From positions 62,001 through 126,000 of the forward strand of contig JALAGF010004837.1 of the NCBI GenBank assembly GCA_030167865.1: DNA of 64,000 nt, written 5' to 3'. The notes below the pieces were generated by a model, which was given only the letters and a program-made list of their open reading frames with translations, ran no database searches and had not been told where the DNA came from. The position numbers were made by a program, and so were the translations under genes. Below, piece after piece: positions 46,131 to 59,405 of the stretch; position 1 is the stretch's first letter; the number at the start of each line of letters is the position of its first letter. Origin of the DNA: Craspedostauros australis. Lineage: Eukaryota.

Positions 46131-47988
46131 CTATTTACATAGATCCGCGGCCGATTCCAGCATGGAGACTTCTTCATCGGCGAGCGACCATCCCAAACAA
46201 CCCTTCACTGCATCGGCATCCCTCGGGCTGTTGACTTCTGGAAGTGGCACACCGCCCTTGGCAATCACGTAGTTGATGGCCACTTGGAATGGTGTGATGT
46301 CCGTGTTGATCTTTGGCTGTATTTGCATCAGTATTTGCATCAGTATTTGTATCAGTATTTGCATTCATCCAGTTTGTTAGTTTGTTTGTTCATCCATCCC
46401 AAAGATGAAGTATGTATGTCAGATAGTATTGGCACGAGAAGACCAACAAGCGCGCCAATAGAGATTAAGAAGGTACAATGGAAGGCATGTGTGCATGGTA
46501 TGTATGTGAGATGATGGTAAGAGTACGGAACCAAGCAACATGATGTATCGCGCAAATCACATCCACGAGTGCGCAAAGGCAGAGTAGAGTAGAATACTCT
46601 TGAGTGGAGTAAGCACATCGACAGACATTGAGACTCACCGCTCCTCCGTATCTGCCACGGCTTCTGTCCTTGAGGTTCTGGTTATCTCGCTTGACCCGAG
46701 TCTTGACGCGTTCGGCAACGGTCTCCAACACGCTGTGCAACGGCTGGTACTTCTCGAGCTGCGCGAAGGAGTACTTGGAGGCGCCCCCGGCGACCCCGCC
46801 GCTGGGGTTAGTCGCAGTGTACTTGGCGGAGGCGAGACCATCATCGGTGGGGTTGGTGATGAGGGGGATGACGCCAAGGGCCTTGCAGGCATTGATCCAC
46901 CTCTCGTTCTTGCGGTTGGTGAGGGAGAACTGGAAGGAGTTGGTGGCCAGGATGAGGCCGTAGTTGTCCAGCTTTTTGGCTATCCGCGACATGCGGATGG
47001 GAGAGACGTTCTTGACGCCCGCGTAGTTGGCGTTGCCCACCTCGGCAACGGCTTCGTTCATGCCTTCGACGAGTCCGGCAGATGGCAACCAACCGACTGT
47101 CTTGACCTGGACGAGCTCGCTCGTGGACGTGTCCATGGCCGCGCAGGATGACGCGAGGGAAGATACGAGCCCCTTCGCGCTGCGCTGCCAGAGCTTGTTG
47201 GCGTACGTGGCTGCAATGAGGGGTGGCGCTACGCCCTCGGCCTCCTTGATGCACCTGCCCAGAATGTGTTCAGCGGAAAGCTTCCTCGATGCCAAGGCCT
47301 GTCCGTATTCGGGCGAGACGTCGACCAGGCAGATGCCTTCGTTGAGCATGGCTTCGTAGGCCGTGGAGATGCCGGCCGCATTGAACCTGCCTTCCCGAAT
47401 GGCCTGCTTGTTGAGCTTTTTTGATGTGACGAATCCCTTGGTGGCATCTCCCCAGTCGGACGTGGAGAACCCGATGCGATTGGGGATGTGGAACTCGTTC
47501 TCATCATCGTAATCCGACATGTAATCCATGATGACCGGTTCATCGCTCCTGGACGATCTCTCCTGCTCCTTGGCTGCCGCTTCATCCTTGCCCTTCTTGG
47601 ACGATCGTACGGGTCGCTTGGTCTCGAAGGTGGGAAGGTTATCCAACGAAATGTCGGAGAGAACATCGCTGCCGGCGGAACCAGCACCAGTACCAGCAGC
47701 AGCAGCGGCACCGGAGTCCTTGATGCTGTCAGGCATGAAGTTCTGCATCTCCGCTTCATCGTCTCGCTTCTTTCGGATGATCTTGTTGCGCTTTCCGATG
47801 AGCTTGGACAGCTCGTCATCACTAAAGCTGTCATTGGAGCTGCGCAAGCATGACGACGAGAACGACGCCGACTGCGTGTCTTGCAAGGCGGCCTGGGTCC
47901 ATGCGAGACTCCTGGAGCTGGGACTGAAGGCATCGCAGCAGCAGGCCGAGGCCAAGGCGAGGATGGCGATCAACTTGATCCGTATCAT
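46131..47988 (-). CDS. Plastid-targeted aldo/keto reductase-fold protein (pyridoxal reductase-like)
   Basis: Exons 47988-46639 and 46316-46131. Signal ...CCCDA-FSP. AKR-like segments IGFSTSDWGD, GICLVDVSPEYG, AEHILG, TNSFQFSL, QVAINYVIAKGGVPLP and GCLGWSL. Confidence 0.8.
46319..46364. repeat. 12-bp tandem repeat (GTATTTGCATCA) x ~4 at an intron 3' end
   Basis: Visible directly, next to the CAG acceptor of the AKR-like intron. Confidence 0.85.
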
Positions 47989-48622
47989 CTTCTCTGGACA
48001 CAACGTTGCTCTCAAATGGGTGTTTGGTGGGGGAATGGCTGATGCTCCGAATGTGGGTGGTGCGTACTTGCGTTGATTGAGCTCTTCGTCTGAGCAGTGG
48101 TCGTTGTAGCTGTCGTTGTGCTTGGTCGAGTTCGAGAATCGTGCTCGTGGGTAGGCCTTGCTGTGGATGATGCGCAGGGTTTGAGAGCAGCTCGTGAGGC
48201 GTGCGCTGGTGATGTTGATGATGCAGTGCGAGTACGGTGTACGTCTGGTGTGGTAGTCGTATGGTAGCAACAAGTTACAATGGAGGGGTATGGAGACTTG
48301 TGGAAGAGTGTCGTTGAGTACTGCAGAGTGAATGGTATTCTACAATACCTGCAAACGTCGTTATGATACAAGCGAGGTGTGCAGATGATGAACGCCAAAC
48401 GGATCACACCACCAAGGCAAACCAGGAGGTGCCTTGTGGCAGTTTGGTTTGACAGCGGAGATGTCGGAGGTCTGGGTGAGGGGCGCCATCGGCTTCTCTT
48501 TCTCCTCTTGTCAGGCATCAGATCGTCGTTCGTTAATTGCCAATCATTTGAGTCGAATGACTCGTATCTTCAAGCCAATCATATCTTGGGTGTCGGTGTT
48601 GGTTGAGCGCGTCCATTTCGAA

Positions 48623-48634
48623 CGTGACGTCACG
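48623..48634. promoter_or_regulatory. 12-bp palindrome CGTGACGTCACG (CRE/bZIP-type) between divergent plastid-protein genes
   Basis: Shares its core with the palindrome at 25741. Lies about 240 bp upstream of the ATG at 48874. Confidence 0.45.
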
Positions 48635-48873
48635 GCCCGAGCGAAAACTCAACCAGGCGGAGCCTCCAGATCCACAAAGAGGGGGGTTGAAAGGATTCCA
48701 GTCGCGATCGGCGTCAAAACGGAGCGCAATCAAAGTTTCCCGCAGAGTGTCAGACAACAACCAATAAACCGAACAGGATCGAGCACAATCGCAACATCAA
48801 CTCGATCGCACCATTCCAATCACATCAATACCCATTCGTAGTGACAGAAAGAGACGAAGAGACGAAGATCATC

Positions 48874-49533
48874 ATGTACTCCTCCAGAGCAAGTTCCATC
48901 ACCGCCCTTTGTCTGCTGGCATCAGTATTTGGCGCTGTCCATATCGACGCCTTCGTGCCCGTGGCCACGCTTGCCAGCAACACTGTCAACAGCATCTCCC
49001 AAAGATCGGCGGGTGCCTCGTTCGTCGCCCTCCAGAGCACGCCGGAAGGCGGAGACAGCAATGAATCCACGGAGAGCAGCGGATCTCAGAAGCAGCAGCA
49101 GCGACCACCATCGGCAGCCTCCGCTACGCCACCGGCACCTTCCATCCCAAGACAGGCCGCGCAGCCAAGCCAGAGGGGAATGGACCCGCTGGTCGCCAGC
49201 GTCACGCGCATGGATCCATCCATTCCCACCGGCAAGATGGTCAAAGTCCCACTGTTCGGAGAGATCACCGAACGCGAGGCCAACTCGCTCCTCATCCCTC
49301 TCGCCGCCTTCTCCGTCCTCGGCTTCCTCCTCGGCTTCGTCAACATCATCCAGAACTCGGAGAGCATCGCCAATTCCATCATGAACGTCGGAGGAGACAT
49401 CTCCAACAAGGTTGCCCAGCAGCCCAACCAGGTGTACGATCCCACCGAATGCCGTGGTATCTGCAGCTCGCAGGACTCCGACATCGACAACCTCCGAAGG
49501 TTCATGAAATCCTTCTCGTCCACTTCCGATTAG
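48874..49533 (+). CDS. Plastid-targeted single-TM protein of unknown function
   Basis: Bipartite presequence MYSSRASSITALCLLASVFGAVHIDA-FVP, TM LLIPLAAFSVLGFLLGFVNII, and C-terminal CRGIC. Confidence 0.8.
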   Translation: MYSSRASSITALCLLASVFGAVHIDAFVPVATLASNTVNSISQRSAGASFVALQSTPEGGDSNESTESSGSQKQQQRPPSAASATPPAPSIPRQAAQPSQRGMDPLVASVTRMDPSIPTGKMVKVPLFGEITEREANSLLIPLAAFSVLGFLLGFVNIIQNSESIANSIMNVGGDISNKVAQQPNQVYDPTECRGICSSQDSDIDNLRRFMKSFSSTSD

Positions 49534-50225
49534 AGTGTAATACGAGCAGTGCTGCTGCAACAAGACCGTCACATACTCTGTAATCTGTAATCTGAACTCT
49601 GCTCTATTCTACTCGATGTATTTTTCTCGCTTGAACTGGACACTCCACGCGAGGAAGAAGACGAGGATTCCTGGGATCCTGCGAACGCGTTCCAGGAACT
49701 GGTTGCATCGTGACAAGAAACGAAAGAGGAGAGTGAACGCATTCCACGATGAACCGGCAAGCTCTTTGGTGCAGTCTGACTATCCAAGGATACGAGCACA
49801 CCATAATCAACGCATCTCTCTGACAGCATTCCATGCGGTAGCACAGCAGAGTAGTATAATAGAGTCGAAGTACTCTACCATCATATATACCATACTCGTA
49901 CAATACACGTGTTGCACTCGGAGGTCGTACCGCACAAAAAGGGTGATTCCTTGTCGCCCTCATCCAGCGATGGAACCAGTTTCCGCAACAGCCAATGTTT
50001 GTGTCGTTGTCCTCTTGTTCGGACAACTGCTTCAGAGACAACCCATAGGCTCGCACTGCAGTAGTACATGTGTTCACTGCAACTGATCGCTGCGTTGAGC
50101 GCTAATTACATCCATCTAAGCTTAGAACTTTCGTTTGTTGTGCTAACGTTGTTTTGGTTTTTCGTCGTGTCTCAATTTGACTTGACTTGATTCAAATCAA
50201 TTTGGCTGGCATGATGTGATTACAT

Positions 50226-53200
50226 TTACAATTCACCATCGTCGAAGTCACCCATGTCCTCATCAGCACCGCCTCCGGCGCCGCCAGCGTACAGGTTTCT
50301 CATGATTGGGTTGGCGACCTGCTCGACTTCCTTGAGCTTGCCGTCGTAGTCCTCCTTGTCGGCCTCTGGGTTCTCGTCCATCCAGTCGAGGGTCTCGTCG
50401 ATCATGTCCTGGAGCTCCTTCTTATCCTCGGCGGAGAGGTTGTCGGCGGCACCCTTCTCGTCATCCTCGAGGGTGTTCTTCAGGTTGTAGAGGTAGGACT
50501 CGAGGCCGTTGCGGGAGTCGATACGCTCCTTGACCTTCTTGTCCTCCTCGGCGTATTCCTCTGCCTCGCGGACCATTCTCTCGATCTCGTCCTCGGAGAG
50601 ACGTCCCTTCTCGGCAGTGATGGTGATCTTCTCGGCCTTTCCGGTTCCCTTGTCCTCGGCAGACACCTGCAGGATACCGTTGGCATCGACCTCGAATGTG
50701 ACCTCGATCTGTGGGACACCGCGTGGGGCTGGTGGGATTCCGGTGAGCTCGAACTTTCCGAGGTTGTGGTTATCCTTGGTCATGGAACGCTCTCCCTCGT
50801 ACACCTGGATGAGGACGACGGACTGGTTGTCCTGGTGGGTAGAGAATGTCTCTGTGAATGCGAAGAGTGCAGAATAATCGTTGGCACGAGTTGGTACCAT
50901 TTGAATGCAGAGCAATAGAAATACATGAGATCCGTGTGGATATACAATCGCAACGGGTAAAGCGAGGGGGCAAAAGAGAGAGAGAGAGAGTGAGGATGAA
51001 GTGTCAGAACGAATTCTTGCTTTGGCATCATTGTGACGCATCATCAACCAACCAACCAACTAACCACAGCCATGGATCGATGCAGCGCAATGCGATTTGC
51101 AGAATCCACCATTGCATATCGTGTTCGGTATCAGATTGCAGTGAACTTACGGGACTTCTTGGTTGGGATGGTGGTTCCGCGGTTGATCAGCTTGGTCATG
51201 ACTCCTCCGACAGTCTCGATACCCTGGGAAAGTGGGGTGACATCAAGCAACAAGATCTCGCTTGTGGCATCACCTCCTTCTCCGGAGAGGATACCTCCCT
51301 GGACGGCGGCTCCGTAGGCGACGGCCTCGTCTGGGTTGATACCCTTGGATGGTTCCTTGCCTCCGAAGTACTCGGCGATAAGCTGCTGAACCTTTGGAAT
51401 ACGGGTGGATCCTCCGACGAGCACGATCTCGTCGATTTCGCTCTTTCCGAGGTCGGAATCCTCGAGGACGCGTCCGACTGGTCCCATGGTCTTCTTGAAG
51501 AGGTCGTTGTTGAGCTCCTCGAAACGGGCACGGGTGAGAGTCTCACTGAGGTCGAAGCCATCGGCGAGGTCCTCAATTTCGAGACGGGCCTGCTGCTGCG
51601 AGGAAAGGGCACGCTTGACACGCTCGACTTCCTTACGGAGCTTCTGGAGGGCGCGCTTGTCTCCGGAGATGTCGACGCTGCTCTTCTTCTTCATCATCTT
51701 GATGAAGTACTGCATGACACGCTGATCGAAATCCTCTCCACCCAAATGTGTGTCTCCGTTAGTGGCGAGCACCTCGAAGACTCCGTTGTCGATGGTGAGA
51801 AGGGTGACATCGAATGTACCACCGCCCAGGTCGAAGACGAGGACGTTGGATTCACCTCCGGTCTTGTCCATACCGTAGGCGATGGCGGCGGCAGTTGGCT
51901 CGTTGATGATGCGCTCGACCTTCATTCCGGAGATGGTTCCGGCATCCTTGGTGGCCTGGCGCTGGGCGTCGTTGAAGTAGGCTGGCACGGTGACGACGGC
52001 GTTCTTGATCTCCTTTCCGAGGAAGGTTTCGGCGGTGAGCTTCATCTTCTGGAGGACCATGGCGGAGATCTCCTCTGGTGCGTAGTTGGAGGCCTTGCCA
52101 TCGATGGTGATCTCAATGACTGGCTTGTCCTTGTCGGAAACGATGTTGTATGGCACAAGCTTCTTGTCAGACTGGACGGATTTGTCGGAGTACTTGCGTC
52201 CGATGAGACGCTTGACGTCGAAGACGGTGTTCTCTGGGTTGATGGTGGCCTGATTCTTGGCGGCATCTCCGACGAGACGCTCGCCAGAGTCGAGGAAGGC
52301 GACGTAGGATGGTGTGATACGGTTACCCTGGTCGTTGGCGATGATCTCGACCTGTCCGTTCTTGAAGACACCGACGCAGGAGTATGTTGTTCCCAAGTCA
52401 ATTCCGATAACGGTTCCCATCTTCTCGCCCTCATCCTGGGCGAATGCCGAGAACGACAGGGAGGTGAGTGCCACTGTTCCATACGAGTATTGTGTTTTTG
52501 TTGCGTTGGCATCAGCGTCGTTGGTTTTTGGGATATTTGGCAGGCATGAATACCGTCGCATGCGCGTGCATTGAAGCGTCGTTGCAAGGTGTAGTTATCA
52601 GCCGAGATCGATGTTGCGCATGCCGTGCAGATGGCGGTCATTGTTGCATGGCATGGCATGGCACGACACAATATAGTGAATGAGCGCAGGTTGGTTGTTT
52701 GCCGCGCCATGTTTGTTGCGATCGCAGTTTCATGTGAAACAGCATGCGATGTTATTATTGTTGCAATACATGACATGGCATTGCACGAACGTGCCCATTT
52801 CAAGGAATGGGGACATCGCAGGCGTCGCGGTGAGGGTCATTGGTGACGACGTTGTTGGTCGTCGTGTCGCCAGTGGCCAATTTCACGCGAGGATCCATTG
52901 TCGACGCAACAGGAGGACGTGAGACGGAGAGGCATGAGAAAGAGGAAGGAGGGGAGTTGTTGCAATGTGAGAGCGATGGTAACGAAGGTTTGACGGTCAT
53001 TGCGATTGCATTATTGCAGGACTGCCGTCGAATGCTCTGCACAAATTCGATTTGCGATCCAATTCATGAGGCGAATGCGTGCGCGAAGCATTGCGAACCG
53101 CTCTGTGCTTTGTGTGGTCTGCGTGCGTCGAATTGCGAACAGCTCCATGGGGAAAAGATTCGGAGGAGGCCGGTCCATTTCCCAACGCATCATCTCTGCT

Positions 53201-53342
53201 GCGTGCTCTTGGTTTTCGTTCCTCCTCTCGCGCCATCTTCGTCCAACCGCCCTCCCAGCGCTTGTGACCCTCCATTGCCAATGTTGCTGTTGTGTAGTAG
53301 TGCAGACTTACGGGCAGAAACTGCGAACTTGGTGAACCACAT
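50226..53342 (-). CDS. BiP: ER luminal Hsp70 (BiP/GRP78)
   Basis: Exons 53342-53312, 52473-51151 and 50851-50226 give the signal peptide [25 protein letters not shown]. Hsp70 signatures [19 protein letters not shown] and [12 protein letters not shown]; the protein ends DFDDGEL. Confidence 0.97.
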
Positions 53343-54687
53343 GGTTGTATTGGTGAGTGCTGGTTGCGAAAACGATTGCTTTCGGTTTTATGGTCAGGGT
53401 GGGCGGTGCGATGACTCTGTCACTGGTACAGGATCTCCGTGCGTTGCCTGGGCGTTTGGCTCTGTGCTGTTTTCAGAGTGGCGAAGAGCGCGCTGGTCGC
53501 ATCGCTTGTTGTTGGTTGTTGGTTGGTGGTTGGCGGCCCCTCCGCGTTGTTTTGGTTTGCGTCATGTGATGGGAAAACGAAAAAAGGTGGCGGCGCAATC
53601 GTAACGGACCAAGACGGCTCCCAAGGACCGCACAAAACCAAACGGTCACAAACACTGTGCACGGTTTGGAAGCGACGATCTGATTGGTTAATAGACCCGC
53701 ACGATTAAACAAACCTACACGTGGAGAAGGACTCTACGCAGTCCACGTGCGCAATGCTGGGACGCAGTTGGCAAGACTGGAAATGGTGACGGGGAAGCCG
53801 TTGGGATCGCTCACAGTTGTCGTGTTTGGACATTTATTGGCGAATTGTGGTCCTTTCAATGGGATATCTTGTTTACATGTATCTCATACGTAGTACATTT
53901 ATTACGGTTCGCTTGTTGCTGCTCTGAAAGGACTAGATAAGTATGCAAATCAATCGTGCGTGAATGCGCTTCGTTTTCACAACAAGATTGGGATGGCCAC
54001 GTCCGTCCGTCCATCCGTCCGTAGATCCGTCTGCCAGCCATGTGCATGTCGCGCGAAGAACAGCGCACTGTCCACGAAGAACAAGCGAAAAAGCACAAGC
54101 CGAAATCGAAACACGGATTGGAGACAGACGCTTGTGCCATGCACGACAGGATACGACCGCGAAAGACATGGTGGTTCGTGTCGTGAGCAATGGATGGGCA
54201 GAATGGAGCAATGGGCAGCACCAGTAATCTTGGGCAAAGGGCGCCACCAAGAAGAAAGAGCGTTCGTCGTGGTTGCTAGTCTGGTGGTGTCAGAGAACGA
54301 CAACGACAACGACAGGATCGAATCTACCGTGAGTGTTCCGCACCAGGCATCGAAAACACATCAACCTCAGCATCAGATCGCATCGTAGTCGTATTACACG
54401 AGCTTGCGGTGTTGCATTGTCGCCGGACTGGAGAGAGGCAACCTATTGGTACCATCACAGCAGCACGATTCCAACCAAGCCGAGTCGAGAGTGCATTGCG
54501 TCGGCCATTCGTGGAAGCACGCCGGGTTTCATTGCGTCGGATTGGATCAAGCCGAAGCTGTTGATTCATTGATCGATCGATCGTCAGCACTTGCACCAGC
54601 TTCCGAGGTCGCAGGCAACGCAGACTGACAGATCGTCGGATTGACGCAGAACAGAAACACACTTCAGGTACGAGTACGGCTGATACC

Positions 54688-57600
54688 ATGACGAGCGAGG
54701 ATCCAGCGACGAGCGCAGGTGTCAGCAATGGCGGTTCTTCCACACTGGAGACTCCTCCAAAGACATCGAAGTCGCCAAAGCCAACGAAAGGAGCTGCCAT
54801 CAATGTGCCGGAACTGTCGGTTGCTGATCTTCATCACTTCGTCAAGCTCGGACTGCAGAAGCTCAAGAGAGGGGATTACTACACAGAATTCAATCTAGAC
54901 GAGGCCTGCCATCGGAAGCTCGCGGCCATGGAGGCATTGCCGAGCAAGAGCGAGAGGGACCACGTCTTCAACAGCTTCGTGCGTGCGGTTGCGACGGACA
55001 TCGTCATCCATGAGGGGATTGCCACGAAGAAGAAGGCGGCGAGGAAGGCATACGAAAAGCACCTGCAGATGCTGCGATCCAAATGGTTCAAACTTATCAC
55101 CGGCACCACCCTCCCCAGTGCCACGGCTGCGTCAGACGCGTCTGCGACTTCTCCCACCACTCCCACCACAGATCAACATGCTCCCACTGCCAATGTCAGT
55201 GCCAATGTAATCACTCCTGGAGCAACCAATGGAGCAACCAATGGAACAACCAATGGAACAACCAATGCCAGCAATGGTGCCAATGGTAATTCCAACGCAG
55301 AAACCGATATCACGCAACGATCTCCTCAACCAAAGCCAACCAAAACAAAGAAGAAACTGAAGAAGAAGAAATCAATCGTATCGACAACCACAGCCACATC
55401 AACGACAGCCACAGCCACAGCAACAACTGCCATACCTCTCAAGAAGCGAAAAGCGATGGAGATGTCATCTGAGTCATCGGATGCGAACGGCACCCGTGCA
55501 GCCGATGATACTGCCACATCTGACACTCCGCAACGACCGTCATCAAAGCCCAGACTCGATCCTCACTCGCCATCTTCGGACACAGCAACCAACGCCGCGG
55601 AAACAAACGAGACCAAGGCACCAGTCAAAGACAAACGAAATCAACGGATGATGGCACGCAAGGCCAAATGGGATAAGGAGCGCGATGCCATCCTCAAGAC
55701 TGTGCCTCAGGATTACAAGGAGCGGTTTGGCCAGATCGGCTTCGCCAAATGGAACAAGGAGACGCTGCCCGCGCTGGCCAAAGATCCATTCCAGGCGCCT
55801 CCGGGACAAGTCCGAGAAACATGGTTGCAGATGCATCAGAAGGTACGTCACTGCATCGTCTCGTCAAGCATGATTTGTTGCTGCATGCCACCAAGTTTGC
55901 TCGTAACACCACACATCGGACATCAAACGAGTTCTGGCACACACACGCACACAAACAAGAGAGCACAAACACGAACGCGCACAATACCAGTCCACGTTCC
56001 AACAAGCGTTCATGCACATGCACATGCACATGCATGCCTCTTCATCTAACCCCCTCGCTCCTTCCACATTGCTTGGTCTCTGGACATGATACTGGTTCTA
56101 CCGCCCTGTCGCGTCTCTCTTGTTATCATCTTGCGCTGCTCCTATCATATCCGCGTACGCATGATCCGTGCATGGCACAACCACTCTTCTATTACTTCGC
56201 GTCACTCTATGGTACTACGTTCTACCTGGCTACACTCTCCGTCATTGTCGAATCATACAAACAACATGCGATATCGCGCACACACTCACATGCACACCTG
56301 CACGCGCGTGTTCCATACCACACCATGCCAATACCACATCATGGAATACACACAACAGACATCACAATCCAACAGACTCGATCACATGACGGTTCTCGTG
56401 TACTGGTACGGATCGTGGGAACAACCACAGTACTCCTTCGTGAAACGCAACGTCTTCTTCCCGTACGATGAAGCGGTCAAGAAAGGCCTCAATCGAATAT
56501 CTCCAAGACTCCAAAAGAAAATCGACGCGGGCAAACCCCTCAGCCCCAAAGACCAGTACTTTATGGATGGTTTGGAGGAGATGGAGGCAGATCTGGAAAA
56601 GAAACCAGAGGAACGACGAGGATTCACGGAAAAGACGTGGCTCGAGGAGTACGAGGAGGGGCTCGAAGGCGACGAAGGGATGGAGGACCTGGCGGATGAC
56701 ATCGACCATGACGATAGCGATGATGATGACGAGGAGGATGAAGCGATAGCAGCAGCGGTAGCAGATAATGTCGTCTCCACGAAAAGCTCCGCAAAGACAA
56801 AGAAGCTGAAGAAGATGGAGAAGACGACCGCCAAAACGAAGCAGGGCAAGACTCGGAATAAAAAAGCAAAGGCGAAGACCAAAGCCGAAGCTAGCAATGG
56901 CGATGATGGCAAGATTGATGCGCCAACTACGAAGGCGCCAAAGTCGGATTCACCCATCGGAAAGGGTGAAGCCAAATCTACTAAATCTGAGACTGCTGAT
57001 GTCGGCTCTGCAGCGAATGCGTTGGATGCGACTATGGATGCAGACATGGGCGGCCTTGATGACACGGATGAGAGCGACAGCGGCGACTACAACTACGAAG
57101 ATGATTTGGATGATTACGACCACGGCGACAGTGATCATGCCGACGATGACTACGAAGACCCTGAGGAATCCAAGTCCAAGAAAAAGGCAAAATCGAAATC
57201 GGCAGCCAAGTCCTCCACATCAACGAAAAGCAAAGGAAAGATTCCAAAGCCAAAGGCGAAGGGCGATGCGGGCAAGGCTCCACTTGCCAAGAAGAAGAAG
57301 AGCAAGAAGACGGCAGGAGAAAGCACCAGCAGGGTCGACATGGAGCACAGGGCAGAGCAGCGGGCATTCGAAAAGTGCGAGGCCAAATACCTCAAGTACA
57401 TCAAGACATGGCAGCAAAGCAAGGACGAAGATGAGATTGACAAGATACTGGCGTTCCTCTTCGACAAAGTCGACGAATTTACCGCGCCATTCATCCTCGC
57501 GTACGAAATCGCACACCTCCTCAAGGCCTGCAAGAAACGACGGCCGAGTCCAATCCGAAAAAGCATCTTCGAAAAGCTGAGGGGGATCTATCGATCCAAA

Positions 57601-58536
57601 TTCGACAAGCTCCCCACCGGTTTTAAAGCCAAGAAACGCGAGGCCAACAACGAGGTGGCGGATGATTCTGCGGGTCAATCTTCGAAGGCCAGAACAACTC
57701 CATATCCAGAGATTGCCCCTTCTCGCAAGGCGAAGGAGAGCGTCGCCCCTCAGCCACCATCGGCAACGCCATCGTTATCATCGTCGTCGTCTTCATTATC
57801 AGTGCCAAAACGCACGCCTGATAACAATACATCAACCTCCAAAATCAGCAGCAGCAGCAGCAGCACACCAGCAGCCAATGGCAAGGCCGTCACCGGCACC
57901 ATCCCAAAGACCCCCTCGTCGATTCCCAAACCAACGAAGTCGCTGTCCAACGGGAAGGCTGCCACGCCGTCGTCGAACGCGAGTTCCAATAAGTCGGACA
58001 GGCCGGAGAAGAAGAGATTCTCTCTCGGGAGCCTGTGGCGTCCGTCGTCCGATGACAAGCTATCGAGCAGCAAGAAAGATGCACAACGCAACAGCAGTTC
58101 GTCGCTGTCGGCGATAGAAACTGCTGTGGCCAAAAGCCTGCCGAAGTGGATGACAGCACCATCGAAGGTTCAACCACCGTCTCATGATACGAGATCCTTA
58201 GCCTTGGAATTCATGCAACAAGCAGTGGATGCCCTTCCGCAAACCAAAACTTCATTCAACAGGACCAGCGTTGCGCTGGAAATCGAGAACGTGATCTCGG
58301 CCACGTATCCAATCACTGGATTCGAATGGGAAACCAGATATTGGGAGATAGTGGATGCTTTCATTGCGCTCGTCACAGAATTTGGCAGCGGCAGCGGCGG
58401 CAGCAATGCTGGTGATTATGACAAGAGCGTCCATGTCCGGCTGTTGAAGGGGTTGTTCGCTACGCCAGTGGAAGTGATCAAAGCCGTCTCGAAGGAGTTA
58501 CCGTACACTGTGATGGTGCGGACCCCCACGCTTTAG
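54688..58536 (+). CDS. Large nuclear protein with a degenerate PWWP-like domain and a possible TFIIS-N-like helical domain
   Basis: Exons 54688-55842 and 56359-58536. GQIGFAKW...LPAL...VLVYWYG...YSFV...FPY fits a PWWP fold. Several Lys-rich NLS-like and acidic tracts. Confidence 0.7.
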
Positions 58537-59405
58537 GAATGGCACGACCCTCCGCTCCACTCTGCACTTGATGCATCCCTTTTGCACCCCCAGTTGAAGC
58601 ACCCACCGACGTCTACAGAAGCTGAGATAGAAGCAGACGAGGTATATGTCATCCCAACCATGAACAACCGAGACAGGACCAGTCAGTTATCCCGATTGCA
58701 TGCTGCCTGCCTGCCTGCCTTGAAGAATGGTCGGTTTTTCCATAGTAATCTTAATTCGCACATCTTTTTGCCTAACTTGGAATGCGATCCACTCTTGGAT
58801 GACATCATGCGCTGACGGAGAAGGGACGACGAGAATCGTGCAGCAATACAATCCAGCGTAAGAAGAAGAAGCAAAGGTGGACTACGCAGGGACATACCCA
58901 CAATACATACCTCACTGATACGAGTACGGAGACATGGAGATGGACCTCAGTTTCCTTGCAATCTCAGGTACACACTGCAGAATCAAGTCGGAGACGGAGC
59001 AGGAGCAGAAAGGAGCCTACCTCTGCGCTATCCCCACGCGCTTACTCATCCAGTTGGTGCTGTCGTGGATGATCAACGCAATGACGAAGATTTACTACAA
59101 CCGTCTCTAGAGTACTCGTATTGGTACGATGACTCCGCTATCACGGCCGGACAAGAACAAGGCGCGATGGACGCGATCGATAGTTCGAGAGGCAGCATGC
59201 GAATCGCTTCAGCTCGGACGCTCGGGCATGGGGTGTACGAGGAGGGGCGACCTCAATGATATCACCATCGTCGCCGTGCCCACGAAGCATAGGAGGCCAT
59301 CGTTATCTTCATCTTCACCATCGTCACAAATGCAAGAAACAAACGTGGCCACAAGAACGACGAAAGTGGCAACAAAAGTGGCAACATGATCAACTCGCAA
59401 CCTCT

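Noticed and set aside
50858-52549. 563-aa ORF antisense to BiP
   Set aside because: Long antisense ORFs opposite Hsp70 genes are a known by-product of codon bias (avoidance of TTA/CTA/TCA). It mirrors the BiP exon and has no motifs of its own.
53718-53749. Two CACGTG boxes upstream of BiP as an ER-stress element
   Set aside because: There is no CCAAT-N9-CCACG spacing, and the hexamer is common in this window.
58537-59405. Possible small gene between the PWWP-like and PPR genes
   Set aside because: Only short ORFs (under 90 aa) without a convincing start or motif.
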